Positions 26,829 to 39,914 of a DNA stretch of 64,000 bases are shown piece after piece. This DNA is from Octopus sinensis (Eukaryota), in the NCBI RefSeq assembly GCF_006345805.1, contig NC_043019.1:31867360-31931359 (forward strand), in the 5' to 3' direction. Numbering within the stretch: the stretch's first letter is position 1; every line of letters begins with the position of its first letter. The position numbers and the translations under genes are program-made. The notes beneath the pieces are model-generated. The model was not told the origin of the DNA. It did no database searches and saw only the letters and a list, made by a program, of their open reading frames with translations.

Positions 26829-27517
26829 GAGTGAGAAGCAGTTCATGCCATCAAAGTGACACTGGGGTAAAATATACGAGCCCAATATACCCATCATGAC
26901 TACCCGTCTGATAAAGTACACCAGGCACATGCATCACCAACCATATGTGCCGCGACATGGTGATTCTCATATCAAGATAAACAGCACATGACCTTGCAGG
27001 TGGGGCCCAGTAGAATTTTCTTCAGTTGAGTAGCCCATCCCGCTCAAACGGTCCTGAATAAGGGTTGTTTAAGGATGTTGAAAGAACCACCCATGTTTCC
27101 AGAGGTGAACTATTCAACCCCAAAGAATCCCTCTCAACACATGGCTATGATGCTCCCCCACTACTTCTTCTCCGTGATCAGAGATCCACATATCGTCAGC
27201 CACTAAGGGACATGCTCAACTGGTTAAGGTCAAACAACTGACAAGCAAATCTGTGGTATTGAGCAGAATATTTGCTGTAGCCCATCTTTTATACCAAGAC
27301 AAAACAATGTACATGATAACACTTCCAATCAGTTAAGATCAGAAGCCATGAGAGCCACTGCCTGGTACTTCATCAGGGCATTGCCTGGTACTTCATCAGG
27401 GCATTGCCTGGTACTTCATCAGGGCATTGCCTGGTACTTCATCAGGGCATTGCCTGGTACTTCATCAGGGCATTGCCTGGTACTTCATCAGGGCATTGCC
27501 TGGTACTTCATCAGGGC

Positions 27518-27519
<2 letters not shown>
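26829..27519 (-). mobile_element. Full-length ~555-bp (TAA)n-associated non-coding element with a 5'-terminal tandem expansion
   Basis: Homologous end to end with 29690-30244. (TAA)n on both sides. Carries six extra 23-bp units. Confidence 0.85.
27359..27519. repeat. Perfect tandem repeat, 7 x 23 bp (TGCCTGGTACTTCATCAGGGCAT)
   Basis: Counted directly. The 30.2 kb copy has a single unit. Confidence 0.95.
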
Positions 27520-27550
<31 letters not shown>

Positions 27551-27768
27551 GGTGGCCAGCTAGCAGAATTGTTAGTATCCTGTGCAAAAATGCTTAGTGG
27601 CATTTTGTCTGTCTTTGTGTTCTGAGTTCAAATTCTGCCAAGGTTGACTTTGCCTTTCATTCTTTCAGGATCAGTAAAATAAGTACCAATTACAACCCTG
27701 GGGAGGTCAATGTATTTGACTAGTCCCCTCCCCAAAAATTTCAGACCCTGTGCCTATAGTACAAAGGA

Positions 27769-27818
<50 letters not shown>

Positions 27819-27822
27819 TTTA

Positions 27823-27865
<43 letters not shown>

Positions 27866-29689
27866 CATTATTATTATTATTATTATTATTTTTATTTTTA
27901 TTATTATTATTATTATTATTTTTATCATCATTATTATATTGAGTGAGAGAGTAGTGCATGCCATCAAAGGGAGAACTTGTAGTCATGGTCGATGCCAGAG
28001 TCGAGTAAATGGCACCCATGCTGGTGGCACATAAAAAGAATATTCAGCCTCACAGAGGCAATGATAAGTGACCAAGACCATTGGTGAAATTTCCATGCTT
28101 GAGAAGACCTGTCAAGCCATGTGAAATTGTAGTTGTGGCTGATGCCAGTGTCATATAACTGGCACCTGTGCCAGTGGCTCCTAAAAAGCATCTGCTCTCA
28201 GAGTGGTTGGCATTAGGAAGGGCATCTAGTTGCAGAAACCATGCCAAATCAGATTGGAACCTGTTGTAGCCCTTCACCTTCCCAATTTTAGTCAAACCAT
28301 CAAACCTATGTCAGCATGGAAAGCAGACACTATATGATGATGATGTTGATGAAGGCTTTGGCTGGTGTCATGGGGCTATAGAGAAAAAAAAAACCCACTT
28401 GCCCAAGGTGCCAAGTAGCACAAGACTGAACCCAGAACCATGTAGTCGGGAAGCAAACTTCTTTACCACACAGCCATGCCCACGACTACATTTCATTTCC
28501 TCAGCAGCAATAGCATTGTAATGGAATGTATTGTAGATGTGTAATCTATATCTCTTAGAGATATGACAATGGCAATAACCGGCAAGAACTACAACGCCAC
28601 CATCATCATCATCATCAATATCATCACCACCACCGTCATCATAATCATCATTGTTGTTGTCATCGCCATCATTGTCACCCTCATCATCGTTCGCACTTGA
28701 AGTCGTTCGTTTCATTGAAGTCACATAAATGTAACTGTTTAATTATTCGCTTTGGCTTGCATTTTTGGGGCTTTTGTTTTCTTTAACAATATTTCCATTT
28801 AATAAACAGAATCCCTACAATGAAAATTATCTGGAAATAATTTCACAAGTAATTATAATGTTTAGAAAATATTTTCAAGAGGAAATTATCCATAATAACT
28901 GCCATAAAACAGTTTCTTTTTTTTTCCTTTTCTGGTGGTGTTTTATCTCAAGATGGTGAGCTGGCTGTATTGTTAACAATTAGCACATTGGACAAAATGT
29001 TAAACAGCATTTTTCTTTTTTATGTTCAGAGTTCGACTTCTGCTGAAGTTGATTTTGCCTCTCCTCCTTTCGGGGCTCAATGAAATAAGTACCAGTTATG
29101 CACTGGGATCGATGTGATCAGCTTTCCTCTCCACTCAAAAGCTGCTGACGCTGGGTCAAAATTTGAAACTATTATCATTAGTTCAAACTCCACCGAGGTC
29201 GACTTTACCATTCATCCTTTCGGTGTCAATGAAATAAGGACTATTGAAATACTGGGGTCGAAGTAATCGACTCATCCCCTCCCCCCAAATCACTGACCTT
29301 CTAGCAAAATTTGAAACTATTATTATTAGTTCAAACTCCACCGAGGTAGGCTTTACCATTCATCCTTTCAGGGTTGATGAAGTAAGGACCACTGAAACAC
29401 AGGCGTCGATGTAATCGACTCATCCCCTCACCGCAAATTGCTGACCTTCTAGCAAAATTTGAAACTATTATCATTATCATTGGCAAGCTGGCAAAATCAT
29501 TAGCATGCTGGACAAAATGCTTAGAGGTATTTTGCCATTGCTATGTTCTGAATTCTAATTCCACCGAGGTCAACTTTGCCTCTCATCCTCTCGGGGTCAC
29601 TAAATTAGTTGATGTGATCAACTACCCACCTCCTACAAATTTCAAGCCTTGTGCCTTTAGTAGAAAGGGTTATTATTTTTATCATTATT

Positions 29690-30244
29690 GAGTGAGAGAG
29701 CAGTGCATGCCATCAAAGTGACACTGGGGTAAAATATACAAAGCCCAGTATACCCATCATGACTACTCATCTGATAAGGGTACACCAGGCACATGCATCA
29801 CAACCATATGTGCACGACATGGTGATCTCATATCAAGATAAATAGCACATGACCTTGTAGGTGGGGCCCAGTTAGAATTTTCTTCTGGTCGAGTAGCCCA
29901 TCCCACTCAAAATGTCCCTGAATAAGGATTGTTTAAGGATGTTGAACAAACCACCCATGTTTCCAAAGGTGAATTATCCAAACCTCCAAGAATTCCTCTC
30001 AACACACGGCTATGATGCTCTCCCACTACTTCTGCTAGTGGTCAGAGATGCACATATCGTCAGCCTCTAAGGGACATGCTCAAGTGGTTAAGGTCAAACA
30101 ACTGACAAGCAAATCTGTGGTATTGAGCAGAATATTTGCTGTAGCCCATCTTTTATACCAAGACAAAACAATGTACATGATAACACTTCCAATCAGTTAA
30201 GATCAGCAGCCATGGGAGCCACTGCCTGGTACTGCATCAGGGCA
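29690..30244 (-). mobile_element. Full-length ~555-bp (TAA)n-associated non-coding element
   Basis: Same termini as 26829-27519 (minus strand: aatgccctgatg...ctctctcactc followed by (aat)n). No ORF recognised. Confidence 0.85.
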
Positions 30245-30799
30245 TTATTATTATTATTATTATTATGCAGTGAACTAGCAGTTATTAACATATTGAACAA
30301 GCAAAATGCTTAGCAGCTTTTCTTGTGGCTTTTTCCATTCTGAGTTCAAATCCTGCCAAAGTTGACTTCACCTTCCATCCCTTCAGGATTAGTGCAATAA
30401 AGTATCAGTGAATCACCGGTGGTGGGGGTGTCGATGTAATTAATTTGTCCCCTCCTCTTGGTACTGCCAGTCTTGAACCCTGCAATTGATTGCCATCCTA
30501 TGAAATGGAAATGCTGTGACCTTGGCTTTTTATCCACCTTTGAAACTGCATAACCAGTCTTATGAGCTCTTGGGATCAAGAAAAATAACAGGAAAAAAAG
30601 TACTTACCTACCTCAGGGCCATTTTTTTACCACTCAAATCAACACGCCAAGTCAGCGAGCTGGCAGAATCGTTAACTCATCAGACAAAATGTTTAGAGGC
30701 ATCTCTTTAATCTTTTTTACATTCTGAGTTCAAATCCCACCAGGATCAATTTTGATTTTCATTTGTTTGAGATTAATAAAATAGAGTAGCAGTCAAGTC

Positions 30800-31010
30800 T
30801 AGCATCTGCAATCCATCTTGTGAGACCATCAAGACAAGGCACCACCAATGGCTCGATGAGCACTGAGCTTTGAGTGTGGCATGCTGCAACTGCTGTTACA
30901 TCACCTCCAGCACCCAGCTCATCAGTTCCTTGTCTAACCTGAGGAAAAGAAGTCTGCTGCTCAGCTTTTGGTCTCTGCTCACATCAACATGTTCCCCAAC
31001 TGTGTTTCGT
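30800..31010 (-). pseudogene. Possible pogo/Tigger-type HTH remnant
   Basis: Minus-strand LFLRLDKELMSWVLEVM*QQLQHATLKAQ loosely resembles the CENPB-type HTH of pogo transposases. The similarity is short and judged by eye. Confidence 0.25.
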
Positions 31011-32513
31011 GCCAATTTGGAGGGATGCCATCATCCTCAGAGCTGAGGGAGCTCCAGTCAAATAAGCATTCCGGTCCTGGGTTCAATGTAATTGTCTTGT
31101 CCCCTCCCCTCAAAATCGATGGCCTTGAACCCTGTGAGGGACCGGCATCACATTCAGGGGATATGTTGCGATCCCAGTAACTTGTAAACCACAGGAACTG
31201 GGTAACTGGCCCTACAAGTCCAAGGGCTCAAGGATAATAAAATAAAAATAAAACCTCTTTCTACTATAAGCACAAGGACTGAAATTTTGCAGGAAGGTGA
31301 GGTCAGTTGCATCAACCCCAGGATATAACTGGTACTTGTTTTATTGATTCCAAAAGGATAAAAGGCAAGGTTGAACTCAGAATGTAAAGCCAGAAGAAAT
31401 GCCACTAAGCAGGTATGGCTGCATGGTAAGAAGCTTGCTTCCCAACCACGTGGTTCTGGGTTCAGTCCCACTGCATGGCACCTTCGGCAAGTGTCTTCTA
31501 CAATAGCCTTGGACCAACCAAACCTTTGTGAGTGGATTTGGTAGACAGAAGCTGAAAAGAAGGCCGTCATATACATGTGTGTGTGTGTATTTGTGTGTCT
31601 GTGTTTGTTCCCCGACCATTACTTGACAACCACAGTTGGTATATTTACGTCCCCCATCACTTAGCCGTTCGGCAAAAAGTGACTGATAGAATGAGTATTA
31701 ACCTTACAAAGAACAAGTCCTGGGGTGGAATTATTCGACTAAAGGTGGTGCTTCAGCATGGCCACAGTCAAATGACTGAAACAAGTAAAAGAATAAAAGA
31801 ATATATATATATATATTATATATATATATATATAATAAATCTCTGAGCGAAGTATAAACTGTAGCTGCATGACATTACGAAGTATATTTCCACTTACTGA
31901 TAGGGCGCAGAAAGTGTGTCAATAGCCAGCTGGAGGAGATGTCTTCCTGGGGCTACATGCTACAGCAACATCAACCCTTAAGGGATAGCCACATTTAAGT
32001 GGCAAATAGACTTCACAATATATAAATGTATCTGTTTGTGTGTCTATGCTTGTTCTCCCCACCATCACTTGACAACCGATGTTGGTGTGTTTACATACCC
32101 GTCACTTAGTGCTTCAGCAAAAAGAGACCGATAGAATAAGTACTAGGCTTACAAAGAATAAGTCCTGGAGTTGATTTGTTCAACAGCATGGCTGCAGTCA
32201 CATGACTGAAACAAGTGAAAGAATACAAGAATAAATAAATGAAATAAGAAAAAAAAACCGAAATAAACAACATAAACAGCTCAACATAACTCAACACGAC
32301 TTAGTCGAAATATTGAAATAACCGCTTGTTTAAAAAGAGTTCTGTAAAAGTCCTAAAATAACATGGAATTCATTCCATGCCATAAAACCTTCTGTGTACT
32401 AATTCTCATCGAAAGACAACAGTCCTAATTATGCAATATTTACTTCTGAATGAAGGTCTATCGTTGATTTTGAAGGATGGAAAAGTTAGGGTTTTGCTGG
32501 TGGTGAATTCTAG

Positions 32514-32552
<39 letters not shown>

Positions 32553-32791
32553 ATATATATATTGGCTGGTTTGGGAGGGGTTTTTTTTTTATTAAAGAGA
32601 TGGAAAGAAAATTAAAAAAAGAAAAGCAAAGCAATTATAAAATGAAACCAAAATGTAGAAATGTCTTATCTTTATAAAAAAAACATTTGCGATAAGATAA
32701 ACTTTTTGGTAGCATTTGAAACATAGCATTTCTTGTCTGGACGTAGTCAACAATGAAGTGTGTAATTTAAAGACTTGACTTCAGATGTGTA

Positions 32792-32866
<75 letters not shown>

Positions 32867-33134
32867 TGAATAAAAATATATGAGCAAATATGTGTGCGCA
32901 TGTAAAATATATATATATATATATATTTACACATATATGTATACACACTATGACATATATATATATATCATCATATATAGGTAGATAGATATATACATAC
33001 ATATATCTATATATATGTATTCATTTGTATATATATATATACATACACACACACATCTATGTGTAGATATTTACCTATCTATCTACATCTAGCATTCCGT
33101 CTATCTAACTATGCCTCTCTCTCTCAAACTCACA

Positions 33135-33204
<70 letters not shown>

Positions 33205-33952
33205 AGGAATGATATATTTTTCAAATCATAGATGCATGTGCTAAAATACAGTGACAAGCAGTGATAAGCAAATTTTAAGAGACAATGAAAGTTTCTATTT
33301 TAAATCTTTATCATTATTATCAGTTAATAGGTTTACGCACACATGCAAATATGTGAACACACACACAACACACACACATGCACACAACGCACACAACGCA
33401 CACGCACAGATATGCATGCTTGGGTTGAAAGGTGGGTCATAATGAACTTGCTCATTTGTTTTTCTTCTGTCTTTAGCAGAGCCTTCTGTTGATTTTACAT
33501 CACTCCAATGAATACTGCTTCACAGTATTCTTCATCATCATCATCATCATCATCATCAACATTGTTACCATTAAGGCGGTGAAAGTTGGCAGGCTGGCAG
33601 AATCATTGAGATGCTGGGAAAAATGCTTAGCGGCATTTCATCCATCTTTATATTCTGAGTTCAAATTCCACCGAAATCGACTTTGCCTTTCATCCTTTCG
33701 GGGTCGATAAATTAAGTACCAGTGAAACACTGGGGTCGATGTAATCGACTAGTCTCCTCCCAAGCCCAGAATTTCAGGCCTTGTGCCTTTAGTAGAAAGG
33801 ATTATTATTATTATTGTTATTATTATTATTATTTTGCCTTTCACCCTTTCAGGATCTATTAAATACATACCAGTTACACTCTGGGGTTGATGTAATCGAC
33901 TGGCCCCCTCCCCACCAAATTGGAGGCCTTATGCCTCCAGTAGAAAGGATTA

Positions 33953-33983
<31 letters not shown>

Positions 33984-34578
33984 AGATGTTACACAGTATA
34001 CAATATTGTGAGGTTGTTGATTGAAGATATTGTTTTCTACCGGGGGTTTGTACTGTTAGTGAAGTCACAACAAGGACCTCAGACAGACAGTACTTTACTC
34101 AATATGTGTGCAGTTCCAAGTAATGCCAACTTTTGCAATACATCTAGATTGTAGGGTATTTCTAAGATTTTCAGGTGTATTTTTGGATTGGATGGTATTG
34201 AACCCAATGCGCCGATGACAATAAGGATAACATTTATGTTTGACTCTCGTAGTTGCCACATCTTAGCGATCTCAGTTCTCAGGTCTCCATATTTATCAAC
34301 CTTTTCTCTTTCTTTCATGATGATATGTTGATCTCTTGGCAATTATCAGGCACTCTTGTTTGTCCTCCTAAAGTTTACTATATCCAGCTTTTGGTGCTCT
34401 AACACCTTGTGTGTCTGGAAATGAAAGTCCCAGAGGATGTTTACCCTCCCCTTTTCATCCATTACCTTTTCCAGTGCATGTTGGTACTAAGCACCCGTAA
34501 CCTCATATCCATACTTACAGCATAGTAGCCAGTGGAGGTTTTGGGCTACCTTGTTGCATCTACACTTGTACTCTTTCT
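33984..34578 (-). mobile_element. Second, diverged R4/Dong-type 3' fragment (RLE domain) in (TAA)n
   Basis: KEYKCRCNKVAQNLHWLLC.KYG...ILWDFHFQT...LDIV, then EKVDKYGDL..EIAKMW...IVIGALG...LQKLALLGTAHIL..VLSV* (stop at 34079). (TAA)n at both ends. Confidence 0.88.
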
Positions 34579-36486
34579 ATTATTATTATTATTATTATAA
34601 GCTCAACAGACAAAATTCATAGCAGTTTGTCTACTGGCTTTACATTTTGAGTTCAAACTCTGCCGAGGTCAACCTTGCCTTTTATCTTTTCAGGGTCAGT
34701 AAACTAAGTTTCTGTTGAACACTGGAGTTGATGTAATTGACTTATCCATTCCCAGAAAATTTCAGGTCTTGAGAGAGCTTATCATAGAAAGAATAATTAT
34801 TAATAATCTTCTTCAAATCACTTACTATACCATTTTTAAATAAAAATGACATTGGCTATATGGTTGTGGGTGCACTGTCGCAATGAAAAAGACTGGATAG
34901 TCATGGGTGGAATGCTTTTAACAATAAATCTGCTTCATCAGAGCTCACATCGGTAGAAATAAATAAAAACGTCAGAGAACAGAACAAACGCAATACTCTA
35001 ATGGCCTCTAATGACCCTTGGAGCTGCTGGTTTTGTGCCACCTCAATTAAGGTACACTTTACACACTTAACTCTCTCCCTCTCATCATTTGTGTTATGTC
35101 CAAAACCCCTTAGGCCCTACACTGACCACAACATCCTGTTCTTCCTTCTTCAGAATGTCATCCCTCCCCCTCTCTCTCTCTCTTTCTCTCTCTCTCCCTC
35201 TCTCTCTCTCTCTTTCTGCAATACCCCCACCTCCTGCTCATGTCTTTTCTGCAACAGATGACTTCTGACAGTTTGAGTAAAATTAATTTTACTGATTTTA
35301 GAAAGCTTAACCCTGTTACTGTAGAAATCAGATATAAGCACTCAAAATTTCATTAGCCTTAACTGCAGAAAGCAGTTTTATATACCAATCTATCTTTTGT
35401 TCAAGAATGCCATGTCTAAAACTAATTCTTATTGAGATATGTTAACTTTATTGACACAACGTGACTTACAGAAAATACCAATTCTATTTCTTTGGTAGAT
35501 GTTTAACATCATTCCTGTAATAACCATGTAATTTAATTTTGCCGTTAAAGAGTTAAGGACATGACTGTCCTACTTTTCCTCCAGACACACTGAATTCAGG
35601 ACTGCGTTATCCAATGTCTCCTACTTTTATTTTAACCCTTTTACTTCGGAAATCAAATTTATCCACATCAAAATTTTCATTACTCTCAACTGCAGAAAGT
35701 CGTTTTATATACCAAACTAGTTTTTTTTAAAGGAATGTCATGTTTGTCCCCTCTATGTTTAGCCCCTTGTGGGCAATAAAGAAATAAGAAAATACAGGAG
35801 AATCATTTAATTATGATTTTACTCAACATATTCCCCTCACCATTGTCATCATCATCATCATCATCATCATCATTATAATCATGATTGTTGTCATCATCAT
35901 CATCATCGTTATTTTGTGATCATCATTATCATCGTCATAATCATTGTCATTGTTATCATTATCATCATTGTCATCATCATCATCATCTTCTTCATCTGTG
36001 TCTTGCATCTATGTGAGAGTGTGTGTGTGTGTGTGTGTGTGTGCATAAGTGTGTGTATGTATGTTTATTCATGCATTAGGTGAACAGAGATTACATTTCC
36101 AAACCACAATTTCATTCATTTGGTCCTTCACTCCATTGTACACAATCAGAAGTAATTATCATTTATGATGAATATTACAATTGCTATGGCTTCAAATTAT
36201 CATTTGACTGTTGAGGTCAATGGTCATCTACCACACATCAACACGACCCTCTTTAAAATTCCTGAGAAAGAATTTCATATATATAGGTGGATGAAAATTA
36301 GCTTGTTTCCATTGTTTACTACAGTGTTGGGCCAAAATCTTGTGGCTTTGAAATCTTGAGCAGTGTGATTGCTTGTTTTAGAATGACATTGTAGGGTAGG
36401 TATGAAAGGCTGGATCTGTCGAGTCTGGACATTGTCAGTTTAAATATTAAGGGTTTAGTGCGTCCTTTTGGGGAACGACTAAAATA

Positions 36487-37066
36487 TGTTATATGGCTAA
36501 TTCGTTAGCAACGAATAACTACGATGAAACACAGAGTTCACAGCGTCTTCAACAAAGGATTTATTGTAACACAGGAAAAATGTACACATACAAATGGAAG
36601 TTCAATTCAGACGTGTTCATGCAAGTGGAAACTCAATTCAAACTAATGTGTTCATGCCAAGAACAATTGAGTGCTGGTTGCAATTCACTTAAGAATTTGT
36701 TGAGTGTGTGTTGCCAGACTTCAGGTCAACATAACAAATTGACACTAGAATAAGTCAAAGGAAAGTGCTTATCTAATGACCATTTGTATTGTCTGCCACT
36801 GGTGCGTAATGTGAGAACAAGAGAAAGTTTCAAGTCCCAAAGGAATTAGTTTAGCAAGGCTCAGCTGCAAGCATAGATCAACCAAAGAAGAAACGTTCTG
36901 CATGAGTTGACGTGTGTTTGTGTAGAGAGCAAAAACATGACTGCTTGAACATGGAGATGACTGTCTTTTATAGCTATGCTGTTCAGCGCCACCTAGTTGC
37001 CAACTACGTGTAAGGGGAGATAATTCAGGGTAGTTCCTTTTTTTAAAGTAAATAAACCTTACCACG
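36487..37066 (-). mobile_element. Possible solo LTR
   Basis: Non-microsatellite block. Minus strand has TATAAAAG, a downstream AATAAA and ends ...TATAACA. The 5' TG is not intact and no TSD was found. Confidence 0.3.
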
Positions 37067-37396
37067 TTGATGACATCACCGGTGTTCACACAGGCCTACG
37101 TGGGGTTAAAAGGAATTTTCCCAGATGAAAAACTGCAGCTTCTGGAATTTAAGCAGTACACATATGTCAAGTATGTGGTACTGGGAATGTATACTTGTCT
37201 TTTAGCTTTTCATTGTTTTGGTCATTGGAGTGTGACCATGCTGGAGCACCGAAGTAAAGAATTTTAGTCAAACAAATTGACTCCATTATTTGTTTTTTTT
37301 TAAAACTTAGTGCTTATTCTAATGATCTCTCATCAAACCATTGTGTTATGTGGATGTAAACAAAAACCAGCACCAATTGTCAAACATTGAGGTGGT

Positions 37397-37785
37397 GTAG
37401 TAAAGATTGTTTGCCAACATAACATGGCAGTCCTGGTTTAGGACGAATGTTGCTGTAATTTAGCCCCAGGAGACATCGTCTCCAGCTGGCTATATGACAT
37501 GATCCGTGTCCTTATATTTTAAAACAAAGGCATTTAGCACCCCCCACTCAGCTCAAAACAATATCTGTGTATCGCGGTTTCTGGGTTATTTCTCTTCGTC
37601 AGAAATCACGATACACAGATATTGTTTTGAGCTGAGTTGGGGTGCTAGATTCCCTTGTTTGAAAATATAAGGACACAGATCATGTCGTATTGCCAGCTGG
37701 AGACAATGTTTCCTGGGGCTAAATTACAGCAACATTAGTCCTAAACCAGGACTGCCATGTTATGTTGGCAAACAATCTTTGCTAC
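37397..37785. mobile_element. Long foldback (palindromic) element with an HHR-like apex
   Basis: Arms of ~180 bp are near-perfect reverse complements. Apex on the minus strand reads CTGACGAAGAGAAATAACCCAGAAACCG (37575-37602). Confidence 0.9.
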
Positions 37786-37894
37786 AAAGTACTGTTGCTG
37801 AATAACTCACGTTGTGAGATTTTAAAAATAACAATTTTCTAATTGAAGTGGTGGGTAGTGAAGAGGGTAAAGGGAGACAAAGACACACACACAT

Positions 37895-37943
<49 letters not shown>

Positions 37944-37949
37944 CAAATA

Positions 37950-38166
37950 CAAGGGGTTGCTGTAAAGTTCCTGGCTTTGGGTAAAAGAAAATACAGGAGG
38001 ATCAGTTAATTATGATTTTATTCAACATACTCTCCTCTCAGATTCACATCCTTATTGCAGCAGTCCTTCAGTTTTACTAAGCCCAGTAAAAGAAATTAGA
38101 AGGTAGGGCTTCCAATCAGGCCTTTTGTGATACCTTTAAAGCAAGAAACTTTTCAGTACCTCCTTG
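37950..38166. mobile_element. Mariner-type MITE, TA-flanked
   Basis: TIR-like caaggggttgctgtaaagttcctgg / gaaacttttcagtacctccttg with TA on both sides. Same family as 38227-38445. Confidence 0.75.
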
Positions 38167-38226
38167 TACTCTCCTAGTCACCACAAACCACCATTATAGT
38201 CTCCTTGCCAATACAGACCACCACTA

Positions 38227-38445
38227 CGAGGGTGGGGCTGAAAAGTTCCTGGTTTTGGGTAAAAGAAAATATAAGAGGATCAGTTAATTATAATTTTATT
38301 CAATATAATCCCCTCTCAGATTCACACACTTATTTGCAGTGGTCCTTCAGTTTTTTTAAACCCTGTAGAAGAACTTGGAAGGTTGGGCCTCCAGCCAGGT
38401 TTTTCACTATACCCTTAAACCCCAGAACTTTTCAGCACCCCCTCG
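38227..38445. mobile_element. Mariner-type MITE, TA-flanked
   Basis: ta|cgagggtggggctgaaaagttcctgg...ccagaacttttcagcaccccctcg|ta. Confidence 0.85.
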
Positions 38446-38707
38446 TATACATATTATTTTATACATATACATATATGTATAAAATTAATATAAACAGCAG
38501 TGTATACATATATATATATCACGTGATCACATGACCAACCAGACCATCAGATGTTGTTACACATCGCTGGTCACAATGCATTCGCATTGTTTTAGCCTTC
38601 GAATGACGCCACCCCGCTGGCTAAGCGAGCAGGCCATATATATATATATATATATATATATAATGTACAATATATGGATTTAGCTAATTCGATGGTACTC
38701 ATAAAAA

Positions 38708-38762
<55 letters not shown>

Positions 38763-39247
38763 CATGTATGTATGTGCCATGAGCTTCTTTCAATTTCCAT
38801 TGACCAAATCCACTCACAAAGCTTTGTTCAGCCCTGAACTATACAAGAAGATATTCTCCCTAAGTACCATGCAATGTGACTGAACCCAGATCCATGTGCT
38901 TGGGAAGCAAGCTTCTTACCATACATCCATGCCTGCGCAAAGCCTAAAGTATCTTTTTAAACTGACTCATAAAAACTGTTCTAAGCCATTGAACAATTTG
39001 TCACAGACAAAACAGTCACCAGACAATGTGTCTCTCCCTGTCCCTCTGCAAAGTAAAACAAACCACCAGTGTTAACTAATCACGGGGGGGGGGGTCCGTG
39101 TTAGCATTAACAATAAAAATGAAGAATTAATAAATAAGAAGTAGAAAAAAAAGGAGGTAATAATTCATTTTGTGTAGGAGTCTAAGGTGAGGTGGGTTTT
39201 TTTTTTTCAACAAAGGGTTCTGCTTAAAACATCAAACTACTACTACA

Positions 39248-39322
<75 letters not shown>

Positions 39323-39880
39323 ACTAATAATGATAATAATCTTTTCTACTCTAGGCACAAGTCCCGAAATTTTGGGGGAGGAGGGGGGGCAGTCAATTAG
39401 ATTGACCCCAGTACACAACTGGTACTTAATTTATCAACCCCGAAAGGATGAAAGGCAAAGTCGACCTTGGTGAAACTCAGAACATAAAGTCAGACGAAAT
39501 ACCACTAAGCATTTCGCCCAGTGTGCTAACATTTCTTCTAGCTCGCTGCCTTACTAATAATAATAATAATACCATTACCACCATCACCACCACTACTATT
39601 ACTACTAACTGCTACTACAACTATACTACTAATACTATCACCACCATCACAGCTGGTGGTGCTGCTGCAAATACTGATTCTACTACCACCACTACTGCTA
39701 TGAATTATAACTCTTGCAACTACAGCTGCTGCTACTACTACTGCTACTACCATCACCTATACAACCAACACCACCATTCTCATCACCACCACACCACAAC
39801 CACCACCAAAACAACAATTACTTCTACCACCACCACCACCACCACCACCACCACCACCACTACTACAACTACTACTACTA

Positions 39881-39914
<34 letters not shown>

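Noticed and set aside
27359-27519. CRISPR-like or multi-hammerhead array (minus strand contains CTGATGA seven times)
   Set aside because: Units are identical with no spacers, there is no GAAA or stem II partner, and the context is eukaryotic.
30050-30070. CTGACGA/CTGATGA inside the 555-bp element (also ~11135 and ~27195)
   Set aside because: The nearest GAAAC is ~100 nt away and neither stem I nor stem II pairs.
30170-30244. HDV-like ribozyme at the 5' end of the 555-bp element (GCCCUGA could pair with UCAUGG(C/G))
   Set aside because: The L3, P1.1 and J4/2 consensus features could not be placed. Left for computational screening.
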